Below the pieces are notes generated by a model that did no database searches, was not told the origin of the DNA, and worked only from the letters and a program-made list of their open reading frames with translations. Positions 1-13,800 of a stretch of 64,000 nt of DNA are shown here, piece by piece (the first letter of the stretch is position 1; each line of letters opens with the position of its first letter). The translations under genes and the position numbers were made by a program. Source of the DNA: Trichinella spiralis (lineage: Eukaryota); contig NW_003526948.1 of assembly GCF_000181795.1 (NCBI RefSeq), forward strand, positions 2,414,331 through 2,478,330, read 5' to 3'.

Positions 1-1408
1 TTCCTAATTTGATAAGGTTCTGCTGCTTTAATGATCATCAGGGACAGTCTTACTAACGGTCAAATTCATTTTGTTAGAGAACAACAGTGATAGGTTTTGT
101 CGTAAAACATATAAGACATCACTACATCGTGCACAGATATTATACTTCTAATTTCTGATTCTTTTTTACTGTTGACTTCGGTAAGCATCTTTATGTCAGA
201 TATTACTTTAGGTGATATATCTTAACAAACGTTCAATCCGGAGTTGTCGGTATAATTTTATAATAGTTAGCGAATAATTCTCTACCGATATAAATTAATT
301 GCATTAATTTTTGGAGAAAAAAATTTTTCTCGAAAATTGCAAAATTTCATGGACTATAGACTTGATTGTTTTTGCGAAAATCGGCGAAAATTTTGTTTTC
401 GAAATTTGGAATTTTTTTTGATGTTTTTAGTTTCATATTGATAAAATAAAGTGTTTTCTAGAGCTTCAATCCACTCTACGCAGTTGTTGTGGAATAAATG
501 GCCTCTGAATTTGGAATACTGCTTCTCTTAATACATGGGTATGCTTCCCACTTTTTTCTGGATATCTCGAAAATTGCAAAATTTTATGGAGTATAGACTT
601 GGTTGTTTTACCAAAAATGAGCGAAAAAGTTTCTTTCAAAATTTGTGCTTTTTTGTTTGTTATACTCTTATATTAATAAAAGATAGTGTTTTGGAGAATT
701 TCTCCAGAAACTGGGTAGTAAATTTCAGGATGCTGTAAGCAATAAAGAAAAGTCAGTAGCAAATTTTATTTGAAGAAGATACTTCTGTTTGCTCGATTAT
801 TTAAACATTTGCGATAAATCTGCACAAAATCATTTTTCTTGCATACTTATTTACTGTCTGCGTTTCGTTTCTGGTCTTTTCCTTCCCACTTATATCGTAT
901 TTCTCAGCCTTCACTGTTTTCGATAAATAGCCAAAAATATTTTATACAAATTTCAACTTTTTGTGATTGGTAGATGTTGGCAGTAATGAATAACATCGTT
1001 ATGGATAGTTTCAACGTACTCTGCCCAATAATTTCGCTATAAATTGCCTCTAAAGTTAGCGCATTCTGCTCATCTTAATATGTAGTAAAGTTGGCAATCT
1101 GTAACTTCCTCGAAAGGCATCTAGCATACGTGATTTTCAGCGAACGTAGCACTTTGGGCATTTGATTTGTTTATGCATTAAAATTCAACAACAACGATTA
1201 TTACCCGATCGTGTCCTAACTCGGGAGATTTTCACAACTCACCTAATCGCCTCAACCAGCGCAAAACGAAGCTTTACTGCAGCGAAATATCTTAAAGCTA
1301 TATCTGGAACTACCATGACTGAACACCGACTAAACGGATTTGCCGTATGGTGAACATCACTCTGACTTTTCCCTTGATTTGATCCGGGAATAAAAAACGT
1401 TTTTTTTT
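1..1408 (+). repeat. Copy of segment ~22170-23570 (direct duplication, or assembly duplicate)
   Basis: Positions ~215-1290 match ~22375-23450 almost base for base; the same 67-aa ORF appears at 535-738 and 22694-22897. Identity decays toward both ends, and the copy abuts an N gap at 1409. Confidence 0.9.
1172..1408 (+). mobile_element. hAT-family transposase C-terminal dimerisation-domain remnant (copy 1)
   Basis: Translation IFTTHLIASTSAKRSFTAAKYLK..TTMTEHRLNGFAV resembles the hAT dimerisation motif pattern (ASAERSFSxLKxLKTYLRSTMTEERLNGLAL). It is frameshifted and truncated. Confidence 0.75.
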
Positions 1409-1418
1409 NNNNNNNNNN
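1409..1418. other. Assembly gap (10 N)
   Basis: Run of n characters. Confidence 1.
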
Positions 1419-3758
1419 CCTCCCCCTCCCCCTAGTGGGTCGTCGAATAATTTTTTTCGCTCAAGTAACTATAAGCTCATTGGTTTTGGCAAAAGTTTTG
1501 GCACTGGGTTGCTAAACGATTGCCATATGATGAATGAGAATATGATAAGCCCCATAGACAATATTATCGACAATTTTTGTTCCAAGAAACATAATGTATG
1601 TATATTATTCAAATATTAAAAATAATGTTTATATTGATCTCTGATTTTAAAGTTGTATCTGCAAATCAGAATCACACTATGTCCGTGCATTTGCCTCCCC
1701 CCCCCGCCCTTGTATGTTTCCTGCATCAGCACCACTGTAATGCTTATTGCCATTTCCGTTGCAATTTTTATTATTTGTCAAAGTGATGACGTAATTGTTT
1801 GAGTCAGTCAAATTTTTGAAGAATTTCCTGACAAAGCGGCAAGCTAGCCAGTTGACTGGATCTGAGAGAAGAACTAACACAATTTCCGCTTTGTCATCAG
1901 CAACATCAACAATATTGTTTCACATAACTGACGGATGTTGGAAAAGATGTTAGCGTTGTTGTGTAAAATTCCCCAACATTAAAATTTACGAAACTTTATT
2001 AACAAGGACTGCTTAATCGATCCGACATATGACTATTGACGGCAGCATTGTCCATCATGCGCAGTTTAATTTGTATAGCAGTCCAATTCAGTCTGGAATC
2101 TGAAATCAAATGGCTCTGGTCGAATTATGCATTGTCGCAGCAGATAATGCATTGCATTTGATCTTTCAGCTTGATGGATTCAAGGAAAAAGAAAAAATCG
2201 TCTACTTCAATAATTACGGCAGTTTTCTCTATCTATTCCAGCAAATTCTGTTCCACTCATAAACTGTTTTTCTTTGTCTCGCTTTCATCTGAAAATCCTT
2301 GCAGTCTATCCAATTCATTCACAAGATAATTAAAGACCTTCTTAAAAAATCTCAATTATGACCAATATTGGTTTTTCCTCAATATTGATGTAGCAGCAGC
2401 AATCATTACTTGCATTTCACTTGTTGTTAGGTTTGTAATAACATAGGCTGCTTTTCATTTTACGTAAACTGAATTTTATAAAAATGCCGTGCTTCAGCGA
2501 ACTTTTCTCTGATAGTACCTTATTTATTGTGGATGGAATATGTGAAATATTGAGAAGAAGAAGAATAAGGAAAAATGTACATCGAATCTTAGTTTGACAG
2601 AAAGGGACATTCGCATTTCACAAAAGCTTAATTACATTAAAATGATTACTGAAGAAAGTTCACTGGTTCATTTACAAACATTTCTGATTATAATAATGAA
2701 TTTAATGCAAATCAATTCAACATTCCATTTCTATACTGTATGATTTTTGTTATATTTTTTTGTGAGAACAATTGCCTTTTAGAATTAATTTTTAAAATTT
2801 GCACTTATACAAGCAAAAGGTCATACAATCGGTTTTTGTCTGGTAATAGTAAATGAAAAATATTGCCTTGCTAAGGAGATATCGAATTTTGTTCAACCAA
2901 TTATTCTAAGTTTTCTGCTTCAATTCTGAAGCATTTCTATTTTGGAGACACGTTTGGAATTACCATCTGAATAATAACCAAGACGCTAATATTGAAATTA
3001 GCAAGTTCGTAAAATAATATGAAAATGATTTTCTGGAAAAAATTGTGTGTTGCGCTTTTTACAGAATATTTTTCTTCATTTATTTGCTTTTTTTGGTATT
3101 TTAATTATAAATAAGATTATCCACATGATGAACATGAATGAAGACGTTGTGTAGGTGCATTGTAGACTGTGCACATTTTTTTGTTGCTCATTAATAGAAA
3201 CAAAACATATTTTACAGTTCAATGGCCAAATGGGAAGTAAATGCTAGCTAGTTTGTGATTTCGATTTTAGCCAGCTAAGCTGAGGGCGCATTGATTGTTT
3301 TCTGATAAAAGCATTTTAACGCACAGTCGAGAGAAAAAATTAGGAATCTAACAATTAGTTAGCCGTGAAGGCTTCATGTGAGCATCATCTGTAAGCATTT
3401 TGAAAAGCTCTTCAATCTTATGATGGTATCTTCTGTTGAAGTTTGAAAACAGTGTTAGAATTGATATGTTTCTCTTATCAAGTTGTCATGGTCACGTTGC
3501 ATTGTTTGGAATTTTATTTCACAGTGACGCCGTTTATCACAAAGCTAATAGCATTTCTTATTATCGCAAATGGGCTCCAGTTATTTGCTGCCAAGTTTGG
3601 TAAATTGCTTTGAGATTTGCAGGCATACACCACCTGCTGCTTTCATCATGGGAACTTTCTGCTTCCTGTAGTGGACATTCACGTGGTTATTGAGCTAAAA
3701 TAATGGTTGCTTTGAGACTTTCCTCTAAAGGCGCTATTTACACACAAATATACAATAT

Positions 3759-3762
<4 letters not shown>

Positions 3763-3789
<27 letters not shown>
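3763..3789. repeat. (CA)n microsatellite
   Basis: Seen directly. Confidence 0.95.
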
Positions 3790-4856
3790 TTCATCCATTT
3801 GCCGTTGTGATTGCAATCGTGAGAGAAAGGCTACGGTCAGCACGGATTGTACGTTAAAATATAAAATCATTGTCAGTATTGATTATACTTAAAGCGAAAA
3901 TTAAGCACAGCTACATTTCGTGTTGACTGAATCGTTTATCGGCTTTTCATTCACAGGTTCAAGCACACTGCCAACGGAAATCTAGCTAATCAAGATAAGC
4001 GCAAGACGCTGTCGATTTTGACAATGATATTTTTTTATTAAATAAATGCTTAACAAATGCTGTTGCATATTTAGTCTCCTGGCGCAGATAAAATTACATA
4101 GATCAATAGAATGAAATTTGTGTTCAACTCTTCAAAGACTGCGTATAATTTGAAAATGCGGAAAAAAAGCACTGCCTTTATTTACCTGTTTCTCAAATCA
4201 ACTCAGACTAACTGTAAAATTGGTTATTTATTCAAATACAGTAATCAATTAATGTTCAGAAAACTTGCAGCGCTAACGATGTTTTAATGACTGAATCGTA
4301 TAAAGCGGAAGTTGTTAATGGTTTTGTTTGTTTCTGTTTTCCATTTTACGCTTAATTTACTTTTTGTGAATGGAAATTGATATTTTCATTTTATTCCATT
4401 TTTTTAAATCTGAAATATCATTCATCCATTGCTATCTGTTGTTAGTCAGTCCATTTATTCTGCTGTCAGCTGTTGCAAGGTTTTTCTGAGCAAAAATCTG
4501 GAAACAATGGCCAAGCATGATCATTCATTGAATTTTAATAGTTCAAACTGAATTCAGGCTGTGAGCCCGATGGGCGAGTTACTAATATTGAAATCATTTT
4601 TATTAATGTTATCAATTGTTTTTTTTGTAGTGATAATTTTCTTTTTTGTAATTGGTTTTTACTTTTATTAGTGTTTGTTAAAATAACTGCCAACTTCTTA
4701 ATTAATACTTATAATCCTAATAATAATATTTTCAACTTTTTCAAAGTATATTTTGTACTGTTTGATCAAAATTTACTGTTTATACATTTTTGTAAAGTAA
4801 AAGTAAAAAAAACAAATGATATGTTGTGGGCAGTTTAGTTCAATTGTTGTTATTAG

Positions 4857-6526
4857 GAGACGTGCCATCCGGATGATCACTTTTGGGATACGCTGCATGG
4901 ATCTGGAGATTGTCACGTTGGTGAGGTTGACTGTCGCAATTCAGGGACAAAGCTGAAGTGTATGGCTTGCCACTTAGTTGCTCACGAAGCTTGCTTGCCT
5001 GTGTTACCAAAAGTAAATAAAATGAAAAAAAAGAAGACTTTCAATAAAAAATTCAAATTCTTTCAGAAGAATCTGAAATGCAAAAGTACTTATGCTGATC
5101 CATGGATATACGGCAAACGGCTTATCACCAGCGTGCCAATGCGTCATCATTGGGTACATCGTTTGACTCAAGATGGTCGATGTTTCAAATGTTCGAAATC
5201 ATTTCAGTCAAAATTGATGAACAAGGTACGCTAAAATATCCATTAATTGTAACTGGTCGACGATTAAGAGAAAGTGATTATACTGTGTTTTCAGGAAGTT
5301 ATTGTTATCATGTGCTCCTGGTGTAAAGTATCTTATCATAACAAGGCGAAGTGCTTTAATACGGACTTGATAGAGCAGACGTGTGATTTTGGAGCACTGA
5401 AAGACATTATAATTCCACCGACATGGATTAATAAAATTCCAACAAGCCGATGCTCAACTTACAGACGTGTTGTGCTTAGCAATGCGTCTGTACGACGTCG
5501 GAAACGAAATCGCAAAGTATTTTTTTCAACTATTTCTATGGTCTTTTAAATCACGACTGCTCTGCTAGCTAACATTACCTATCCCCCGTGCTGCTCGTTT
5601 ATTAATATTTTTATTTAGGAACGAATTTTTTTTGTAAATCCCTTGCAATCTACAGTTAGCATGCCTGCGTTTCCGCTACTGATCTTTGTCAACGCTAAAT
5701 CTGGTGGAAAAAAGGGGAAAAAGTTATTTCGTGATCTGTGTTGGCTGGTTAATCCTCGTCAAGTGTTTGAATTATCGTACGGCAAAAGCCCTCGCTTTGC
5801 GTAAGTTGACTTTTTCTATATTTAAATAACGATGAACGTAATATTTTTATTCAACAAAGAACACATGCTGAACCGTCGCAAAATATTCAAAAATATTCTC
5901 GTTGGTGTTGCATTTATTCCAAGTTTTTATTGATTGCTTTTATTTTTCACTGTCATTGTTTTGTCGTGTTTTGTGCAAAAAATTAATCGCATCTGAGTTA
6001 GTTTTGTTTACTGAGATAATAAGAAGCTGAACAAAATTACAAAAGTTAATGTCATTGTTTATTTGGTACAAGTACAAGGATTTTTGAACTGTAGGTTCTA
6101 GAATGAAATGTTGCTTTTAATGATGATAATGATTTTAAGTGCTTCACCATAGAAGAATTTGCTGATTTTGGTGTTGTTATTAAATGGGATTGAAAACTTG
6201 ATTGATGGATTACTTGATCACTTGACTGAAAGCTTTTTGGCATATCACAATTTATCATTTTCAAATTAAGTATTTTGTAAAGTAAACAAACAGCACTTTC
6301 ACATTTTAAATGGGAACAACTAGCAGTGTTTGAAATTAAGCGTCGAAGTGTAAAGTGTCCTGCTGTAAAAGCTACTGTTTTTATTTTTAATGTTATTTTG
6401 AGTGATGAAACATCAGGCAAACGTGTATATGCATGTTTTTCAGTAACCAAATGAAAAAGGCTTCTATTTTGATGCTTTTGTTAAATTGTTGAATTGCTAA
6501 TTTGTTAATAAGCTGCCTGATAGAGC

Positions 6527-6564
<38 letters not shown>

Positions 6565-9274
6565 GTAGTAGTAGTAGTAGTAGTAGTAATTTTACAGTGA
6601 AAATACATTTAGATTGGACATGTATCGTAAATGTCTTCCGCAGCTGCGAATACTGGTTTGCGGTGGAGATGGAACAGTATCTTGGGTGTTTTCTTCATTA
6701 GATGCTATGAAAATTCCATCTTCACGTTACCCTCCAATTGGTATAATTCCACTTGGTACTGGAAATGATTTATCTCAAACAATGGGATGGGGTTCTACCT
6801 ACTTTGATGATAGCATTGCTGAAATACTGCCATCTGTGATGCAAGATACAGTTTCAGTAAAGTTTGATCGGTGAGCATCGTTTATAGTTGGTGTTCTTTG
6901 CTAAATTAATATTCAAATTTTTCTTCAAGTTGGTACATCGACGTGGCACCAAATCCAACCTCTGAGCAATCTAAAGACACTGAAAATGCTATTGATTCTC
7001 TACCGGTCAATGTGATGAACAACTACTTTAGCATCGGAGTTGATGCCCATATTGCTCTGCAATTTCACGAATCCAGAGGTAAACAACATTCATTTGAAAT
7101 AATTATTTCAAGATAACAATTTTATCATAGCTGCAAAACCTGAAATTCATAAAAGCCGATTCAAGAATCGTCTAGTCTATGGTAGCATTGGAACTAAAGA
7201 TCTTTTCAAAAGAGCCTGGAAAGACCTCTCTGAGTACATATCATTAGAGGTAGGCATTGATTTCTGGATTTCGAGCTGGAGCTTGTTTTCTTTTTCCAAA
7301 AAATGACTATGCTTATAAGAAAGTTGCAATATCTGTAATGAACTTGCAACAGTGAAGTTCATTGTAAAAGTGCGTTAATTTTTGAGGTATTATTTTTAGT
7401 GCGATGGTATCGATCACACCAATAGAATTAAAGAACTGGGATTGCACTGTTTGCTAATTCTGAACATTCCCAAGTATGCAGGAGGGACAATGCCATGGGG
7501 CAACCAAGCTTCAAGTTTAGTTACGCTGGGCATTTGGGCAGTTAACAACAGTATGCCGATTCCAAAAATTTCTTCTCCATCCTACGAAGATGGACGCGTA
7601 GAGGTGGTTGGCTTTACTGCAGCAAGCTTAGTAAGTTCACCAAAAATGTGTCGTGCTTTCATGCTTTGTTTTTCGACAATAAAATTCTCTTTAGGCTGCG
7701 CTGCAGGTTGGTGGTCGTGGAGTGCGCATTGCGCAATGCTCTTATTTGCGTTTGACTACCAAAAAAGTAATACCCGTTCAAGTGGACGGTGAACCGTGCA
7801 AACTGAGTCCTTCAATCATCACTATCAGCTTATTTTGTAAGGTTCCAATGCTGAAGCGAATTTCACACAAGGTGAATTACCAACAATACGTATTATTTAT
7901 GTGATGGATGACAGACAGACAGACAGACAGACAGACAAGTTATTCGTGAAAAATTATTCGTGTTACTTTTTATTTAGGATAATGAACAACTGAATTCATT
8001 AGGACTGCGACCAGAATACGCAGTGACAAGAGCATGCGCTGTGACAATATGCGATGAAATGGCGAAATGCACTTCAAAAGTAAACGTTGCATTTATACCT
8101 TGGACAGAATATGAGCAACTGAAGTGCACTCCGTCTGAGCTTTCTCGTCAAGGTATATTTATTTATATTTTTAACATTTTCCACTTTGCTAATGAATACA
8201 CAGTAGTCACATTCAATGAATACAAGTATTGTAAGCTATTGACTGTGTTGGATTTGGTGCATGCTTATGTTACAATTTTTATACTAAAATACTGCAACTT
8301 TATACTACAATTTTTAGCAACAGTAGTTGGAGAGATTGAAGCTGACTACGATAATGATTTGGAACATCTTCGTCCACTTGTTGACAACATTTTGAAAAGT
8401 TCAACTTCCGTTTCACTGTCAAATACCACAAATGAAGAATGGTATTATTTAGACTGTAAGTAGTGCTATATTTTGTATTTTTCCAGAATGCTACTTTTAA
8501 TATTTATTTATTGAAAACTTGGTATGGCTGTCAACGCAATTATCAGTTCGGTCAAGTAAATATTGGGTTTTCAAATGTAATAATTTATGAATGGGGTTTA
8601 TCAAGAGGTGCAGTTGTACAATTCGCTTGAAGTGTTGTTGCTTTGATGATTTTCTGCTTCATTTATGCTGATAAAGTAGTTGTGTTAAGTGATTGAGCAC
8701 TTTGCTGATTGAATCAGCAATGCAGATAGGAAACGATGGTGCTCGGTTTTCAGACAATGATTAATTAATTCAGTGGACAAACTATTGGCAGTTACTTATC
8801 AAAATGACGGTTTCTGTACAGAGATATTCTGATTTATCAAAAAATAGTACTGCCTGCATTGTTTATTTTTACTGAAAAAAAGTTATAGCAAAATTACTAG
8901 TACACTGGCCAATTGCGGTCATTAATTGCATCAGTAGATTTCAATAGACTGTGAATTGAAATTCTGTGACAAATAAATAGGAATACACTGTAATCGACGG
9001 TAGTTTTGGCTTTAAAGATTAGAATTTTTATGTGACATTGCTACTTTTCGTTCACTGGCATTGTTTAGGTAGCAATTCTGATGAAGTATTTCATATTGAT
9101 CGATCGTATGAAGCATTTACATCTGTTACTGAAATCTGTGAAAAAAATGGCAGTCCGTTAATAATAGTTGGCTATGTTTCAAGCAACTCAGTCGCTTCAG
9201 TTCCAGATGAGTTGCTCAATCCTTTGCAGAAACGCTTCCAAGAAATCAGCGTTGCAAGCGTTCCAGGCAACTGA
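4857..9274 (+). CDS. dgk-5: Diacylglycerol kinase, type IV (DGK zeta/iota, rdgA-like); 5' end unresolved
   Basis: Phase-consistent GT-AG exons: 4857-5012, 5067-5225, 5295-5516, 5619-5800, 6613-6870, 6930-7078, 7131-7249, 7400-7630, 7695-7871, 7978-8152, 8318-8455, 9069-9274 (723 aa to the stop). Two C1 domains ([39 protein letters not shown]), a basic MARCKS-like stretch VRRRKRNRK, and catalytic motifs [58 protein letters not shown]. The symbol is inferred from subtype similarity. Confidence 0.92.
6527..6588. repeat. Compound (TAT)n(TAG)n microsatellite in a DGK intron
   Basis: Seen directly. Confidence 0.95.
7908..7937. repeat. (GACA)n microsatellite in a DGK intron
   Basis: Seen directly. 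Confidence 0.95.
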
Positions 9275-9776
9275 AAGTCACCGGCACTTACTGAAAATGT
9301 TCAATCTGGTGCTTGCTCAAGCAAAAGCTTGCATTCTTTCTGGGAATATTTGTTGCAACTAACTAGCTAATCGCGCTGGAGCTGCTTTGCATTTACTGTG
9401 CATATATATCATGGCACAATCTGTTTGTGCGCATTTGTACAAAATGATCATTGCTTGTGCTCTTTTTGTCTGTTTCGTTATAGTTCTACGTTGTATGACA
9501 ACAATATATTTATTTCATTGTCATTCGGTTACGCTTTTTTTACAAAGCACAGCATTTTAATATGAGTCTTACAATGGTATTCTTCGAAAGACTAGCTGCG
9601 TTCAGCATCTGGCCATTTCTGAATGTTTTTGAACAAAACTAAGTTTCATTTTTATTAATCTTATCACATGTGTGCTTATCAAGCAAGTTGTGCAAATTCG
9701 GAAGCGAAAATTTCACATATGTTCGTTCAGAATGACTTTATTTAGGTAAAATAAAATTGATACATGACCAAAAATG

Positions 9777-10873
9777 TTATGAAACAGTTCGATTTCTACT
9801 TTTGCCAAAACCTTCCATTAAATAGCCGACAAATTCAGGGCTTACCAGGTGATCCATGAGATTTCCAAGTAGGTCTGATTGTTGCAAAGTATTCTTCGCG
9901 TCGGGTATGAATGCATCTGTAAGAGCTTGTAGCAAATCGTCTGAACTTTGCAACTGTTCGAACATGTTACAAATCATTTCCATCCATTTTTGTCTTGAAA
10001 TTAAGTCAGAAGCCGACTGTGAATCCTCAGGATCATCTGTTAAATTTGCTGCCGCTTCAGCCATCCGCTTGAACTTTCCAATTTTGGTAACAGTTTTGCA
10101 TATTGCAGTTAATTTCGGCACATCGATTGCCTTTCTTATGCTTTTCAGATCAACAAGATTGTTCAGTGCTACAGTAAATGTAATTAAAAATAATTATTTA
10201 AAAAAAATTTTTTTTTTAATTTACATTACCATAATTCTGTTTTTCTTGATTAGCATTCTTCCCAGTAGTTGTTTTCGGCAAGAACAAAAAGTCTAAAATG
10301 CACTAATGCTTGCTTTAACGAGGCAATTGCTACGAACCTGTAGACGAGCAGATTTTTGTTTAGTAATAAATGGTTTTGCGCATATGTAATATTTTATTTT
10401 TACAGAAATCACTGCAGGGTAGTGTTCAAAAGTGTAAATAATCACCATTGAAAGTAAAAATGAATTGCCTCTGTAGAGCTAATAATTCCACTACTTCACA
10501 GAAATGAATTCTTTGGAAGATAATAATAGCGTTAGGTAGCTAATTTTTTAAATTTATTTGAAATTGACAATTCAAGATTAATTATGTGCAGAAATTATAT
10601 GGAAATTTTTAATACCAAGAAGGAACATGTTGAAAGCGGAAAGCAGAGTGCTTCGGGTTTGAAGATTTTAAATGGAAAAATTGATAATTTCTTACCTTTG
10701 AATTCTTTCAAATCTTTCATATGCTTCAGTTCTACTTGTTTTGGAATACTGAATACATCGGGAAATGGCATCAAAAGTACAGGATGTATAGGTAAGAAAA
10801 CATTTTCCTGTACTGACCATACTTCGAAAACAGACAACAGAAAAAAATATAATGTTATACCCAGGTAAAGCAT
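9777..10873 (-). CDS. Hypothetical protein with a signal-peptide-like N-terminus (~210 aa)
   Basis: Exons 10873-10696, 10292-10230 and 10168-9777 have canonical GT/AG ends and matching phase-1 junctions. They give MLYLGITLYFFLLSVFEVWS-VQE...KEFK/DFLFLPKTTTGKNANQEKQNY/ALNNLVDLKSIRKAIDVPKL...GKSRNRTVS*. No domain recognised; extra small exons are possible. Confidence 0.65.
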
Positions 10874-13800
10874 GGAAAAACAAGGCAATATCGACGCACT
10901 ACTGTATTACTGATTAACTGAAACGACAATGCTTTCCTTGTTATTGAGGAAAAGTTATTTAATTTGCATAAGGTGTATCCTATTTGGCGAATAAAATGCC
11001 TACGGCTTTGCTGTATGCATATTTTTATGTTTTATCAAAATAAGAAGGGCATTTATAACTATTATTTATATTGGAAGAAATCAGGTAGGTATAAAGTTCT
11101 TGTTCATTATGAAAATGGTTTCGTTCTATGCTGTTTTGCATTATTCATGTGAAAACCTGTCAAATAAATGTGACTATCTTCTTTGACATTAAATTTCGCA
11201 TATTTCTGTTACGCAGTAAGAAAAATAAATAATCTAATGTGATCAGTTATTGTAAATTCATGTGAATACTTTTTGAATCTTTCCTTTCTATCTTAGAGAA
11301 CACAGAAAGGACGGTGAATTACGAACTTTTCATTAAGCCAAGTGATGTGCTCAATGGAAAATGCAGTAAATTCTACACTTTGAAGCCGCTTTGCTTAAGC
11401 CGGCGTTATTCTTTAGTCGTATACTTTGAGCGACGTTCCGTTATCAGTGCCGCAGCGGGACTATTTTTCATACTATTTAATTTTGCGAGAATAGAGAAAA
11501 AATAAGTACCTGATTTACTGCCCTTTTTTGAGTTTTCTGAGATTTTTAGAGCCCCTTTTAGTTTTCTTTTACTGAAATTTGGGTTTTTGTGCATTAAAAA
11601 AACAATTCTGTCAAAAAATAGTTCAAATACACGGGAGAAGCATGTGGAAGATTTTAATTCAAAAGGTAAATTTCAAAATACAGAGTGTGTTTGTTGGAGT
11701 TTGATTATTAATTTAAGGACAAGATAATCAGTGGATATTCATTTTCTTTTTCTATAAGTGTTATATAATAGCACCACTTTTTTTATTTTTTCGAAACTGC
11801 TTTATTCTAAATTTTTTTCCTGCTTCGTGCTTGTTTTCAGCATTTTTTATGTTTAAAAATGCAAAATGAAAAATATGTTCCATTTTTGAATGACGTCAAC
11901 ATGTTCAAAACGTTAGCTAGAGGCATCTAAAGTATGTTGCTTGTTTTCAACATTTTCATAACCCTAAAAATAAAATTAGTATTTAAAGCAATTAGTTATG
12001 TTGAAATGTAATTTTAGCCTGAGTTGAATAAAAGTTCACCTACGACGCGCATTTATCATCATTCAACATTTTTCTCATCAACTACAGATTATTTTTGCAC
12101 TTTCTTTTGCATTTTTTCTCTTATTTCATAAATAAAAAATTAATGAATAAAAATAAAAATTTATAATTATTTATTTTGGATGTTTTATAAATTTTATTTT
12201 TAATCAAAATGCCTGAATGTTACACAGGACGGTTGAGTTGCATGTCTAAATCTGTGTGTACTTTTGTCATGTGAGATGGCTTGCTATTAAACTGTTCTCA
12301 ACATTGACGTAAGCGAAGGTACACAATAATTAAGTATAAAATTTGTTTGTGTAGTAAAAGTTATAACCGAGAATATTTAAATCTTTTAGGCTGTACTCTT
12401 GAAATATACAAAACTTTGAAAACTACGGGAATATACTCACACTGATTTGAAATAAAATTAACATTTTGCTCATTTTTCTGATTATATAGATATGTTTAAA
12501 ATGAGTCATCAGTTGAAGAATTATTAAAAACTATTTTAAATTGTTTATAGACTTTTCACTGTGCATTGTTTTTAATTCTGCTGTAAAATTGTTTGAATTC
12601 GACATTATAGAAATTTTTCTATTACGCTTAAAAGTAGGCTTGGAAAATGAAGCTTTTTTAATAGTTCAAATAAACAGTGGTGAATTGTTTCAAATGTTAA
12701 CTAGATTATTTTAAAGATATCTTTTACAGCGCACTTGAGGCTTAGCTGCTGACAAGGAAAACATATGAAAGCAATTTCAAGTCTACGTGTTACATAACAG
12801 TATTGACTAAACGCTAGTAAATTGTGCATTACAAAAGTTCAGTAAAAAACTAACCTCGAATAATAGGATTTATAGGAAATTGCTCAATGAAATTGCTTTG
12901 TATTGTAGAAAATAAACGGAATAAAGTAATAAGAACAAGCTAGAATAGAGATGACGGAAATGGCAAGCATCTGTAAAATGGCAAACTTATCAACATTTTT
13001 CAGCCGTGCATGCAAACAAAGCTGATTCTTAGCGTTGCCAAGAAAATGCGATTACACGCTGTTTGTTAAAATCATTCAAATCAATTTGAATGGAAAAGTG
13101 ATATGCAATTTTTGAAAGCAGCTATTCGAGGGAATTTTCTTGACTAAGGTAAAAATTTGAAATAGCAACCTGTAATAATATTTGTTTGTGAACGTTATGG
13201 ACAAACGCACATTTGACTGAAAATAAATTTAGCAGTTTAGAACTTTTAAAATCCTACAGTGCCATTTCAGAGTGATCGTTTTGGATATTATAGATATTTT
13301 CAAAATAATATAAAGTCTATTCAAGACGAAAATGTGGACATTTCTGAAACAAGCTTTGAGTTGTTTTCTTTTTCATCATATTAGGGCGTGTTTCTTCTCA
13401 TTTGCTTCTTTTCCGTTGCAGCATATAGTTACAGAGTTACAGAATGCTTCTAACGCAATGAAGTTGAGTCAATCCACATATTACTAATAAGTTACGGAAG
13501 TGTGTCGTGCGCTTAGTGCGTCGCAACTAATGAAAGCAATAGTTGCGTTTATGCTTGGTGAAGCTTGTGTCTATCTAAACCTGAAGCTTGCGTTGCCGTT
13601 AAAGTGGTAGGAATCAATGGCAGAAAATTCTGTTTTTCAGTTTTTACGCTCCAATGCTCAGACGTGGCAAGCATGTTCAAAGTTTAAAAGTTTATTAGAA
13701 AAACGTTACATTCAAACATTTACAAAAACTGGCAAAATTGATATCATTTCACTTACGTATATCACATGTCACTTTAATGCAATGCATGCGGACAGAAATA

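Noticed and set aside
535..738. Near-identical 67-aa ORF here and at 22694-22897
   Set aside because: It is explained by the DNA duplication, lies in the AT-rich repeat sub-unit, and shows no protein features.
3200..4600. Candidate upstream DGK exons (ATG near 3222 and 4507; segment 3525-3599)
   Set aside because: I could not join them to 4857 with homology or consistent phase; the ATG at 4507 meets a stop after 14 codons.
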